Shown in pieces: positions 27,357 to 39,300 of a DNA stretch of 64,000 nt. Position 1 is the first letter of the stretch; each line of letters begins with the position of its first letter. The position numbers were made by a program, and so were the translations under genes. Source of the DNA: Azolla caroliniana (lineage: Eukaryota > Plantae > Polypodiophyta); contig JBHGNT010000003.1 in assembly GCA_043228905.1 (NCBI GenBank), positions 11,160,001 to 11,224,000 of the forward strand. The letters are read 5' to 3'. The notes under the pieces are model-generated. The model did not search any database. It saw only the letters and a list, made by a program, of their open reading frames with translations, and was not told the origin of the DNA.

Positions 27357-27708
27357 ATATGTAATTTGATGACAGATTAATCAATGAAGAATTAAATTGC
27401 TTGTTTTGAGTAACTTATCTACTGTGTAATTTTAAGAGTATGTTCAGGATTGGTGATTTCATGATAGTGCTTTTTCTTAAAATTATGCAAACTATTTTAA
27501 CTTTTACATGGTTCACTTGAGTAAATCTGTATCTCAGAAAGAAGAACCTTAACCGATATTATTAAACTCTATATCACAAAGAAGACTGTATATAAAAAAG
27601 ACACACGATTTTTTTGCGAAAGAAGCACAACAGGTCCATTAAACTGTTTATTTTGCAATACATGTGCTTTGTTTGTTTTACAAGAAAACTGGTAATTGGT
27701 ACTTGTAG

Positions 27709-30497
27709 CTACAAATTCCATGGCATACTATTGTAAATACATTCATACACATTAGCATTAATTGTGTATAAATCTGAGCAGCTATTGTATTGCGACATTG
27801 GGACATTGATGCACCTGACCAAATAAGAGTACATGTACGCCACCGGTTTGTCTTCTAATATCCTATACACATAATTGTAATCATCTAGTCTTGCATAAAA
27901 AATACCTTTGATGTAGAATGTCCCGGTAGATACAACATTTCCCCAAGCATCTAATATATTCTACGTTGCACATTGTTTACTAACCGTGCACTTCAATATA
28001 TAGAAATCAACACCCTCTGAATTGCCTTCTTCTGCATTTATAGCGAAATTATCCCAACATTTAAGACATCACTCAGAGTATCTCCACGTCCTTGATATGT
28101 GAAGTCAACATTCTTTTCTGTTTCTCCATCAATTGCTTCCTTATCATTCAATGTATGATACTCCCAATTCTGAATATATGCTTTGTTTAAACAATACCTC
28201 CAATTTCCCTGCACACAATGGAAGCAAAAACAAGTTAATTCTCTAACCGCAATACAATGACCATCCAATCTAGAATAACCGCGAACAACATGGAGAGATC
28301 GCAATTCGGGAATTCCTTAGCACTCCCACGTCTTCTCCCTATTTACTTCATCTATCTTCACTTCCCAAAATTCACGTTTGATATCTCAGACCTACGAGGA
28401 ATAAACACCAGTTGCACTTGTTGACATATTAGCTCTTAAAAACTCAACTACATGTGTTGCACAATTCATCTGCACACCATTTGCCTTTAGTTGTTCATGG
28501 GTAAGTGCCCGCTTTATAACAACACCTGCACCATCATGTTCACCTTTACCATGGCCAAACCCAAAAAGATTCCATCTTATCTCCAAACCTGTTATAACAG
28601 GATACCTCCCCACAAAATAAAATGGACGTCTAGCCTTGAATTGTGACGCAGCTCCATCAGACTAGACCCAATGTTGAGTAAGCTCCAAACGTTTAGCTAA
28701 TAACCATTGCCAATGTAAGTTAAAACAATGTTGGACAAACAAGGTATCATGCTTCTTATCATCAAAAATAAAAAAATGAATTACTTTTTTAACATCACCT
28801 AAAACTCAAAAATATGTTATGTGCACAAAAATGGTTACCTGCGCTAAACACCAATGAATAGATTGAATTTCATTCTGTTGCTTGAAAGTATAATTCTCTG
28901 CGAAATCTACTACTGAGACTACTACATCATTTGGAAAATCAGATATGCAAGTCTTAAACTAATGGGCTGAACGTAATAAATAAATCGACCTGCGTAATAA
29001 AATAGACATATTGATTAGTTCTATAGCTAAGTGGTAGCTAACTAGCCACTACCATAGTTTAGTTTAGTAGCTAATTAGGTAAGTGGTAGCTAATTAGCTA
29101 CTACCATAGTTTAGTACAATAGCTAATTAGTTAAGTGGTAGCTAATTAGCTACTACCATACTTTAGTTATAGTGGCTAATTAGATAGTACCATACTTTAT
29201 CTAAGTCGCTAATTAGCTAACTGGTAGCTAATTAGCTACAATTACCATACTTTAGCTGAGTAGCTAATTAGCTACTACCACAGTTTAGTACAATAGCTAA
29301 TTAGCTAAATGGTAGCTAATTAGCTACTACCATAGTTTAATACAGTAGCTAATTAGCTAAATGGTAGCTAATTACTACTACCATAGTTTAATACAGTAGC
29401 TAATTAACTACTACTATAGTTTAGTACAATAACTATTCTAGTAGGGGATTAGCAGTTCTGGTAGCTAATTAGCTATAGTCATAAGAAGCTAATTAGCTAT
29501 TGTTATAGGCAACTAATTAGCTATTGTGGTAGCTAAATAGCTATGAATGGTAGCTAATTAGCTATATTGGTAGCGATATTCTTAGGGAACTAATAAGCTA
29601 TTACTGGTAGCTAGTTACCTATGGTCATATTTTGAGGTAGGTAATTAGCTATTCGGGTATGGTCATATTCGGAGGTAGCTAATAAGCTAACTAACTAATC
29701 TCAAAAGTCAAAACAAATGTTGAGATAAATGTAAATACTTGAGGTACATCAAGAGGATAAATGGGATGCTCCTCGTATCGACTCCTTCCAACACATTTCC
29801 TGCATAAATCCTTCTTATTGGGTGAAACCCTACTCTCATTAGTCCAAAATATTGTGATTATATCCTTGATTTCTGATGTTACGGGTGTCATTGGCTTACA
29901 TCTTTTTGTTAGCTTTAGTAGACTAGTCCCTTCACCGGAGGAAACTATCCAATTCAATGTATTGTACACACTTTTTCTACTAACACCAATTACCTTAGAT
30001 AGTACACTAATGTTAATATCGTCAACATCACTATTAAGTAACATCATTATACTAGACCTTTTTAAGACAAGATCATCTTCTGACCTGCTCATGGATACGA
30101 AACTATTACAGAGATTATTTACTAGTACAGATGTTATGTTTCCATTAAGACCATCACAATCAACTAACTCCTTTATCGATGGATAATTTAATATTCTTTA
30201 AAGTACTACCTTCTTGTCTTCATTGCTGATGTGCTTGGTTTGAACATTGAAATACTCTACAACCTTTCTCTCTATGATAGTAGTCTCATTACTTCCATTC
30301 TCAGTGATATTTAGACCTATATCGCAACCAATACTATCTTTACCTTAAGTGAGTGTGGCTTCGTATCCTTCAACAATTGACGATGTTTTTTTTTTTTCTG
30401 CCCAATACTTTCGTATCGCTTCTTGTGTCCTGATAGCGTCATCCCTATCCTGATGATCATTGAGGGGTAATTCGAAACACCCTCCTTTCCCTTCCAT
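27709..30497 (-). pseudogene. Sola2-type DDD transposase, spliced and decayed
   Basis: Hand translation gives VVDFAENYTFKQQNEIQSIHW..QVTIFVH..DDKKHD..WV*SDGAASQFK..WNLFGFGHGKGEHDGAG..CFCFHC. N-terminal exon ~30497-29739 (FWTNESRVSPNKKD). The intron ~29738-28990 holds a repeat array. Confidence 0.85.
29020..29695. repeat. Second TAGCTAATTAGCTA array, inside the transposase intron
   Basis: Same ~52-bp unit and + strand orientation as 24590-25615, degenerating to shorter units after ~29440. Confidence 0.95.
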
Positions 30498-30649
30498 TTG
30501 GCTTGATGGGTTTAAACCCTAATTTTCCCGAAAATAAGACACGTATTAAAGATGGGCTATGAACAACAACAATACACAAAAATATTCCACAATACACAAG
30601 ATTATACACAACAATACACAAGATAATCAATAGATAGAATAGTTATTCA

Positions 30650-31160
30650 AATCCAAGACCGAACAGTGGGGGTAATCCATGGCCGAATAGTGGCGGCAAC
30701 TGAGTGTAGAATGGCAGCAGTGGAGGAGTGACGAAAACTGAGAGTAGAATGACACCAGTGGAGGAGTGAACTCCTTCGGATCGAAAAGTGGCAGCAATAC
30801 ACGACCGAACAGTAGCGGCAACTGAGTTTAAAATGATGGCAATGGATGAGTGAACTCCGTCAAATGGAAAATTGGCAACAATCCAGGACTGAACAGTAGC
30901 GACAACTGAGTGTAGAATGATGGCAATGGAGGAGTGAACTCCGTCAGATCGAAAAGTGGTAGATGATGCTTAGAACGCACAGTGACGAAAACTAAGAGTA
31001 CAATGGCGGCAATGGAGAAGGAGTGAACTCCCTTGGATTGAAAAGTGGCAGCGATACACAACCGAACAATAGCGGCAATTAAATGTAGAATGATGGCAAT
31101 GGATGAGTGAACTCCGTCAAATCGAAAAGTGGTAGCAATCCAGGACCGAATAGTAGCGGC
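30650..31160. repeat. ~84-bp minisatellite upstream of the transposase; continues at 36951-37006 and 49611-49630
   Basis: GAACAGTAGC recurs at 30807 and 30891; unit core GGCAACTGAGTGTAGAATGATGGCAATGGAGGAGTGAACTCCGTCAGATCGAAAAGTGG. Confidence 0.85.
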
Positions 31161-31623
31161 TGTCAAGACTGAGAGAGAGAAAGAGAGAGAAAAAGAGATA
31201 GAGAGATAATTGAAAGAGAATTATTATATTGAAGCGTAAAATGGATTACAAAGAGTAGGCTACAAAATGGCGTTGAACCAATTTAGGTTTGGGATGGGTG
31301 GTAGATCCCTATTTATAAGTAATAGAGAACTCTCTAGAATATTCTAGGTTATCCTAGAATGTAGAGTAATCTAGAAGATCTCTAGAGTATTCTAGAAGGT
31401 TCTAGTGGTATAGAACACTCTAGAATATTCTAGGTCATTCTAGAATGTAGAGTAATATAGAATATTCCTATGATATTAGATTTCATATTCTAGAGACTAT
31501 ACATATAAGAATATCAATACAATGGTTAAGGATTTGACATGTGTACAACAAGGTCGTGGGTTCAAATCCTTTCGAGTCATAATGTGAGTGTCATGATCCT
31601 TTCGATGCATGATGTGACTGTTA

Positions 31624-34600
31624 TCATGACACTATCCCCCTTCTTCGACGACACGTCTCACGGGTCGTAGGGTTTGTATTAGGACCTGGTTTACAAGGAT
31701 ATTGGCGATGAAATGCATTGACGAATTCTGCAGCATTGGAAAGATTTGTGGCAGGTTCCCAAGTTCGATCATTGGGGGTATAGCCTAGCCAATCGACCAA
31801 GTAATACAACTTGTTGCGCACGATTTTAGAATCGAGAACGGCAGCAACTTCAAATTCAGGCCCGTCCAAGAACTCGACAGGTGGTGGGGGTGTCGTAAGA
31901 TGGCCCGGAATTGAACTTGTAGTATAAGGTTCCAAAAGGGATACATGAAACACCGGATGAAGATGCATGTGCGGAGGGAGGTCAAGACGAAATGCAACAT
32001 CACTTATCTTACCAGTGATCATGTAAGGGCCAAAACGTTGGTAATCCAATTTACTGCAAGGTCGAGTGGTCTTGATGTTGTGTTGGAGAAGCCATACATG
32101 ATCCCCAATGCGGAACTTTTTTGAGGAGTCTAGACGATGACGATCGGCAAGCCTCTTGTGTGTAAATTGAGCATCGTGCAAATTGTGGAGAATGTTAGCT
32201 TGAATTTCTTGGAGGCGACTAAGACGATCCTCGGCAGCAGGGTTGGTAGGAACTTCTGGATGCGCATTCATCGTCCATCGAGGATGACAACCCGTATTTG
32301 CGAAAAATGGGGAATATCCTGTAGAAGAATGGGCTGAGTTGTTGTAAGCGAATTCCGCCAAGTGCAAAAATGCAACCCAATCATCTTGTTGATAGTTGAT
32401 GAAACAACGAAGATATTGTTCCAATGTCTGGTTGGTACGCTCTGTTTGGCCATTTGTTTCAGGATGATAGCCTGAAGAAAGCTTAACTGAAATGTGGAGA
32501 AGTTTGAACAGGTGCTTCCAAAACTTTGAGATGAATTGTGGACCACGATCACTAATAATATCATCTGGCAGACCATGATGCTTAAATACCTCCCGCATAA
32601 CGAGATCAGCCGTCTCTTGACTAGTAATCGACTTTGTACATGGCAAGAAATGTGCCATTTTGGTAAATCGATCAACCACTGTGAGAATTGCATCAAAACC
32701 TTTTGAAACTGGGAGATCAGTAATGAAGTCCAAGGATATAGACTTCCAAGGTGTTTCCGGAATGGGAAGTGGTTGTAGTAAGCCATAGGGTCGGTGACGA
32801 GGATTCTTTGATCGACAACATATATCACAACTCCGAACATACTCCTCAACAAAATGACGAAGGCGAGGCCACCAATAGTGTCGAGAAATTAATTCTAGAG
32901 TCTTGTGAACTCCAAAATGACCAGCCATTGGTGAGTCATGGCAATGTTGCAAAACTTGTAGCCGTGGGGGACCATCAGGAACATACAATAAATTTTGTCG
33001 AAATAGAAAACCATCATGCCAATAGAACTGACAATAGTCATTACGAGGATTTTTCGACTGTGAGCAAGAAGCACGATCCGGGACGATATGATCCAAAACA
33101 TCCTTGGCGAAATCATCAGTGGCCATATGATCTCGAATGGAATCAAGAAGAGTGGAATTTTCAAGAGCTGTTATGGCGTTAACTACCATTAATCGTAATC
33201 GATTAGGACCCAAAAGGATTTGTTTTTGATGCTCAAAAGCAGGTTCCCCTGGACGAAGTTCCATATAAGAGCGCCGAGAAAGAGCATCTGCTTTGCCTTG
33301 TTGCATCCCAGGGCGATATATGATGATAAAGTCGAAGTGAGTCAAAAATTGCGCCCACCGGGCTTGTCGCCGACTCAAGACTCGAGCATTTTGGAAATAA
33401 GTCAGGTTCTTATGATCATTGTAGACAATGATCTGCTGAGAAGAACCTTCTAGGAAATGTCGCCATTGTTGAAACGAATCCACAATTGCAAGAAGCTCTT
33501 TGTCATGGATCTCGTAGTTGATCTCTGCAGCTTCAAACTTTCGTGAATGAAAGGCGACAGGGTGTAGTTGTCCATCATCTCCAGTCTGCGAGAGGACACT
33601 CCCTAGTGCAAAATCAGATGCATCGGCTTCGAGGATGAAGCGTTTTGTTGGGTCGACATGTGCTAAGATAGGTGCCGTTGTAAATGCTCGTTTTAAGCTT
33701 TCGAATGCCTCGGATGCATCTGAACTCCATATAAATGGTTGATCTTTATGTGTGAGCTGAGTAAGCGGAAGCACAACCTTGGAATAATCTTTAATAAATT
33801 TCCGATAAAAATTTGCAAACCCGAGAAAACATTGCACATCACGCACTGAAAGGGGCGTTTGCCACTCTAAAATTGCCTGTACCTTCATGGGGTCCATAGC
33901 AATACCATTTGACGATACAACATACCCCAAAAATTCCACTTGATTCTGGCCGAAACTACACTTTTCTAATTTTGCGTAGAGACCATATTCTCGGAGTCGG
34001 CATAGTACTTGACGAACATGTGCATCATGCTCCTCTTGGGTCTTTGAGTAGATTAAAATATCATCTAGGTAAACTATAGTGAAGATATCAAGAAAATCTC
34101 GAAAAATATCGTTCGCCATATGTTGGAAAATAGCAGGTGCATTCGTGAGACCAAATGGCATCACTGTATACTCAAAATGTCCATAGCGAGTGCGGAAAGC
34201 TGTCTTCCATTCATCCCCCGGGCGAATCCGAACTAGATTATATGCTCCGCGAAGGTCCAACTTCGTGAAATATTTTGCACCACTGAGACGTTCCAAAAGA
34301 TTCGGGATTAATGGTAGAGCATATCTATTTCGGATAGTCACTTTGTTTAGCCCTCGATAATCCACGACCAACCGAAGAGTCCCATTCTTCTTCTTAACGA
34401 AGAAGATAGGTGCACCAGCAGGGGATCTAGAATGCCGAATGAATCCGTTTGCCAGATTCTCATCAATATATTCTCGCAAAGTCTCTAGCTCTACAGGGGA
34501 GAGATTATAAATTGGGCCCCATGGAGGTTCTTTCCCTGGTTGTAAGTCAATAGGGTAGTCGTATGGCCGATGCTCCGGCAATGTATTGGCCTTCACCTTA

Positions 34601-35274
34601 TCAAAGACATCTAAAAACTCCTTGTATTTCTCTGGTAGTTTAATATCCGCGTCACGTGAAGTGGATGATGGAGTTGCTACTATTGCGAAGACGAACATGG
34701 CCTCGTTCCCCCCTTCCTCCCGCAACTGTCGTAAAGAGATGGGCGATAACTCCGGGGATCTATTAGCACATGTAGGAGAGAGGGATGCGGGATTTGTGCT
34801 TTTTTCCCGAGTCTCCTCAATTGTTCTTTTCATCCAATCAATCTTCGGGTTATGGAGTTCAAACCAGGGGAGACCTAGAACTATTGGGTGGTCCGGACTA
34901 CGAATAATATTGAAAGAGATTATGCTTGCCAAATTGCCAAGAACTATCCTAATTGGCCCGGACTCCTCGACTATATCTCCTGATGCTATGGGACGTCCAT
35001 CGATGACTCCTACGACTACTGGGTTGGGAAGCTTATTCAAGAGGATGTTTTGTGACAAGGCAAATTCACGATCCATGAAACAAGAGTTGGCTCCAGAATC
35101 TAGAAGGGCAGAGGCTAGGACTCGATGACATGTAGATGTGGTAAGCTTGACTTGTGCTGAAAAAACTCGACTCACTTGATTTGATGAAATGGAACCACGA
35201 CTAGGAACTAACTCTACATAGCTAGGATGGTCCAGCCAAATGGCTCCTATTTTGGCCGGACTTACTCGTTTAAC
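31624..35274 (-). CDS. pol: pol (protease, RT, RNase H, integrase, chromodomain), in the -1 frame relative to gag
   Basis: LLDSGA, YLDD, DAS..ELLAI..DHKNL, HHCC zinc finger, SLDFI..SDRG..ERTN, FEVAAVLDSK..YLVDWLGY..TWEP. The frame is open back to the slippery site at 35268-35274. Confidence 0.95.
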   Translation of the reverse strand, partial: VKRVSPAKIGAIWLDHPSYVELVPSRGSISSNQVSRVFSAQVKLTTSTCHRVLASALLDSGANSCFMDREFALSQNILLNKLPNPVVVGVIDGRPIASGDIVEESGPIRIVLGNLASIISFNIIRSPDHPIVLGLPWFELHNPKIDWMKRTIEETREKSTNPASLSPTCANRSPELSPISLRQLREEGGNEAMFVFAIVATPSSTSRDADIKLPEKYKEFLDVFDKVKANTLPEHRPYDYPIDLQPGKEPPWGPIYNLSPVELETLREYIDENLANGFIRHSRSPAGAPIFFVKKKNGTLRLVVDYRGLNKVTIRNRYALPLIPNLLERLSGAKYFTKLDLRGAYNLVRIRPGDEWKTAFRTRYGHFEYTVMPFGLTNAPAIFQHMANDIFRDFLDIFTIVYLDDILIYSKTQEEHDAHVRQVLCRLREYGLYAKLEKCSFGQNQVEFLGYVVSSNGIAMDPMKVQAILEWQTPLSVRDVQCFLGFANFYRKFIKDYSKVVLPLTQLTHKDQPFIWSSDASEAFESLKRAFTTAPILAHVDPTKRFILEADASDFALGSVLSQTGDDGQLHPVAFHSRKFEAAEINYEIHDKELLAIVDSFQQWRHFLEGSSQQIIVYNDHKNLTYFQNARVLSRRQARWAQFLTHFDFIIIYRPGMQQGKADALSRRSYMELRPGEPAFEHQKQILLGPNRLRLMVVNAITALENSTLLDSIRDHMATDDFAKDVLDHIVPDRASCSQSKNPRNDYCQFYWHDGFLFRQNLLYVPDGPPRLQVLQHCHDSPMAGHFGVHKTLELISRHYWWPRLRHFVEEYVRSCDICCRSKNPRHRPYGLLQPLPIPETPWKSISLDFITDLPVSKGFDAILTVVDRFTKMAHFLPCTKSITSQETADLVMREVFKHHGLPDDIISDRGPQFISKFWKHLFKLLHISVKLSSGYHPETNGQTERTNQTLEQYLRCFINYQQDDWVAFLHLAEFAYNNSAHSSTGYSPFFANTGCHPRWTMNAHPEVPTNPAAEDRLSRLQEIQANILHNLHDAQFTHKRLADRHRLDSSKKFRIGDHVWLLQHNIKTTRPCSKLDYQRFGPYMITGKISDVAFRLDLPPHMHLHPVFHVSLLEPYTTSSIPGHLTTPPPPVEFLDGPEFEVAAVLDSKIVRNKLYYLVDWLGYTPNDRTWEPATNLSNAAEFVNAFHRQYPCKPGPNTNPTTRETCRRRRGIVS

Positions 35275-36386
35275 ACATCCTCTAATTGACTCAAGACATC
35301 GAATCTATTCTCATGACATGGACTATGAGGCTTATTTATGTTATTAGAAGTAACAATAGAACTCGACGTAGGGTTTTCATGGGCACTTACTTGGTATACT
35401 TGACGCCTAGGTTTATGTGGACAATTTACAGCTATATGTCCTGGACCACCACAATACAGGCAGAGGCGATGCGCTCGACGTCGTTGCTTCTCAGCATCTG
35501 ATAACGGCCCACGACGTTGTGTTGACTCTATTTCCATCGGAGTTGGGCCATCCCTTGTAATGGGTCTAGAAACTTGTGGAGGCGTTGCGACTACGGAAGC
35601 GTAAGTCTGTTCAGGTTGGCGGCGTAACATTTGTTGGCGCTCAGAACGTCGCTCAAATAGGCGATTATCACATCGCACAGCTCGACTAATGGCTTCTGTA
35701 AGTGACTTCGGATCTTCAGGGAAAGTAAGAAGAAGATCTTTGACATCATTTCTCAAACCTTGACGGAATTGATCCATTAAAGCTACCTCATCCCAAGGGA
35801 TATCGCATGCCAAGAGACGGAAATCGGCTGCATAAGATGACGCGGGACGATCTCCTTGTCGGAGCCTACGAATCTTGTTTATCGCTGTCCTAGTGCTGTC
35901 GGTGTCTCCGAAACTAGCTTGAAACTCTTTAACAAAGGCCTCGAAATCCTCCAGCAATGGTGATTTCTTCTCGAGAAGTGGTGCGAACCATGCTAACGCC
36001 GTACCGCATAGCAAAGTTCCCACTAATCCCACACGAGCAGCATCAGTTGGATACCGATTGGGATGTAGTTGAATAACTAAACGAACTTGATTCAAAAAGC
36101 CTCGAAATAAAGACCTCGTACCATCAAACTTGGCAGGGAGGCTGATCTTTGGCTCTCTAGGGGAGTTCTGAGCCCCCGACGCTTGCTCTCGTAATGACAA
36201 TATAGTCGCCTCAAGTTGATGAACCCGCTGTGATAACTCTTCATATTGTTGAGCTTTTTCGGCGCTCACGTGTTGTAGATCTCCAAGTAGCCTTTGATTC
36301 TCATGCTCTAATGCCACAAATTTATTCGTGAGCATGTCGAGCTCAGAAAGAACACGCATGTATTCTTGTTTGCTCACGGACTCCAT
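35262..36386 (-). CDS. gag: gag (coiled coil, capsid, CCHC zinc knuckle), 374 aa
   Basis: PAKFDG, LRQG...Y..DF, PTPMEI and CLYCGGPGHIAVNC; uninterrupted ORF. Confidence 0.95.
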   Translation of the reverse strand: MESVSKQEYMRVLSELDMLTNKFVALEHENQRLLGDLQHVSAEKAQQYEELSQRVHQLEATILSLREQASGAQNSPREPKISLPAKFDGTRSLFRGFLNQVRLVIQLHPNRYPTDAARVGLVGTLLCGTALAWFAPLLEKKSPLLEDFEAFVKEFQASFGDTDSTRTAINKIRRLRQGDRPASSYAADFRLLACDIPWDEVALMDQFRQGLRNDVKDLLLTFPEDPKSLTEAISRAVRCDNRLFERRSERQQMLRRQPEQTYASVVATPPQVSRPITRDGPTPMEIESTQRRGPLSDAEKQRRRAHRLCLYCGGPGHIAVNCPHKPRRQVYQVSAHENPTSSSIVTSNNINKPHSPCHENRFDVLSQLEDVLNE

Positions 36387-39300
36387 AGCTTATGAGGGGA
36401 GAGGAGAAGGAAGAAGAGAACTTGTTAGGGTTTGTGGAAGACGAAGAGATGAAAGGAAGAAAATTGGTTCAAACTGTCAAGACTGAGAGAGAGAAAGAGA
36501 GAGAAAAAGAGATAGAGAGATAATTGAAAGAGAATTATTATATTGAAGCGTAAAATGGATTACAAAGAGTAGGCTACAAAATGGCGTTGAACCAATTTAG
36601 GTTTGGGATGGGTGGTAGATCCCTATTTATAAGTAATAGAGAACTCTCTAGAATATTCTAGGTTATCCTAGAATGTAGAGTAATCTAGAAGATCTCTAGA
36701 GTATTCTAGAAGGTTCTAGTGGTATAGAACACTCTAGAATATTCTAGGTCATTCTAGAATGTAGAGTAATATAGAATATTCCTATGATATTAGATTTCAT
36801 ATTCTAGAGACTATACATATAAGAATATCAATACAATGGTTAAGGATTTGACATGTGTACAACAAGGTCGTGGGTTCAAATCCTTTCGAGTCATAATGTG
36901 AGTGTCATGATCCTTTCGATGCATGATGTGACTGTTATCATGACAGCGGCAACTGAGTGTAGAATGATGACAATGGAGGAATGAACTCCGTTAGATCGAA
37001 AGCGGCAACACTATAAAAGAGGGCACTAGGCATTATGTTGAACCAAATTGGTTCAACGCCAATCTTTAGCCTCATAGCCCTTTTGTACTTACTCTTCTTA
37101 TAATACATAATCTGTTATCATCATCTCTCTCTCTCTCTCGTCCTCGCTATCTATCTCTCTCTCCTCTTCTCTCTTCCTCTCTCGGGAGTCTTACGCAGTC
37201 CCGTCCTCTTAGTACTAATAGTACTTCCCTTCTCTAGTACTAATTCTCTCTCTGTTTAGTACTAATCCTCTCTCTGTTTAGTACTATTCTTGACAGTTTG
37301 AGCCAATTTTCCCTTCTGTCTCTCTCCCTACATACTAATCTCTTATTCCTCTTTTCTTTTCATCCCATGGCCACAGTTAGCGCTCAGGAATATCAATCTG
37401 GTTTCTCGGAGTTTCAATGCTTGAAAGAGAAGTTCCTTGCTTTGGAACAAGAAAATCAACGGTTGCTGGGGGATCTTCAACAAATCTCCTTAGAAAAGCA
37501 GCAAACGCAACAACAACATGGGGAACTTGCATTACGCATGCAACAACTCGAAGCAACCATCGTAGCGATGCAACAACAAGGCCCCGGAACACAAGGGATT
37601 CATAAGGAACCCAAGATTGGCTTTCCCACGAAGTTCGATGGAACACGATCGCAGTTTAGAGGGTTCCGTAATCAGGCACGATTAGTTATTCAAATGCATC
37701 CTTCCCGATATCCTACCGATGCATCACGAGTGGGTTTAGTAGGGACGCTGTTAAGTGGCTCAGCGTTGGCATGGTTCACTCCACTGTTGGAAAAGGAGTC
37801 TCCATTACTCAACAACTTTGAAGAGTTTATTTATAGGTGAGTTTAAAGCATGCTTTGGGGATACTGACAGCATAAGGACCGCAATCAACAAAATCCGGTG
37901 ATTACGCCAAGGAGACCGTCCAGCCTCCGCATACGCTGCAGATTTCCGCCTACTCGCCGCTGACATCCCTTGGGATGATCAAGCGTTGATGGAGCAATTT
38001 TGTTATGGTTTATGCAACGATGTCAAGGATTTACTCTTGACTTTCCCTGAAGAGCCAAATTCCTTAACAGAAGCAATCAGTCGCGCGGTGAGATGTGATA
38101 ACCGCCTCTTTGAGTGACGTTCAGAACGACAGCTACAGATGCCGAGGGCAAGATCAGAGCCCACCTACGCCTCAATGGTAGCAAAACCTTTACCCAGGGA
38201 GTACTATAATGCACCTCCAGTGAATACTCCGACTTCGATGGAGATTGACACTACACGTTGTCGAGGACCATTATCTGAAGAAGAAAAGCAACGACGCCGA
38301 ACAAATCGACTATGTGTCTACTACGGTGGACCAGGACACAGTGCAATAAATTGTCCCCATAGGCCAAGAAGACAAGTAAACCAAATAGTTGCTAGTTCTA
38401 ATTGTACTAAACCCGAGCCTATTATAGTAGGGATATCTAATAGTACTAATAAGCTAGATCTAGCGAACAAATTTGATGTCCTTCGTCAGTTAGAAGAAGA
38501 GTTAAACGACTAAGTCCAGCCAAAATAGGAGCCGTTTGGTTGGACAACCCTAGATTTGTGCATCCCATTAGTGGTTCCATTCCCTCTAAGCAAGTTAGCA
38601 ATGTGTTCGTGGCCCAAGTAACAGTTAGTACTAAAAGTACCCCTCTAGTACACGTCTTAGCACTTCTAGACTCTGGAGCTAATTCTTGCTTTATGGATAG
38701 GAATTTTGCCCAAGCTCATTAGATATCTCTTAGAAAACTCCCGTGTCCACCCTCTGTAGTTGTCATTGATGGTCGTCCGATTGCTTCCGGAAATATCATA
38801 GAAGAGTCAGAACCCGTTAATATTGTCCTAGATAACTTAGCATGTGTAGTATCATTTAACATTATTAGAATCCCAGAACATCCCCTCGTTTTGGGATTAC
38901 CATGGTACGAGTTACATAACCCAGACATAGATTGGAGAACAAGAGAAATCCGGTGTCGACAAACCCGAGGATCTACTTAGAAGATTGCCACCATTTCACT
39001 ACATCAGTTGCGGGAAGAAGGACGCAAGGAAGAAATGTTTCTCTTCGCAATATCACTAAAACCCTCCGACACCATTAAAGAGGAGTCCAACGTTCAGCTT
39101 CCAAAGAAGTATCATCAGTATGCCGATGTATTCGATAAAGTACGAGCCAATACGCTTCCTCACCATCGACCATATGATTGCCCCATCGATTTACAACTGG
39201 GGAAAGAGCCACCATGGGGACCGATCTACAATTTGTCACCAACCGAGCTAGAAGTCCTTCGAGCCTATATAGAGGAGAATTTGGAGAATGGATTCATTCG

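Larger units (their letters stand above)
31161..36945 (-). mobile_element. Intact chromodomain-bearing Ty3/gypsy retrotransposon (element D, Tcn1/Tf1-like)
   Basis: 471-bp LTRs 31161-31631 and 36475-36945, identical by eye. TSD GCGGC at 31156-31160 and 36946-36950. PPT next to 31632. No tRNA-type PBS. Confidence 0.97.
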
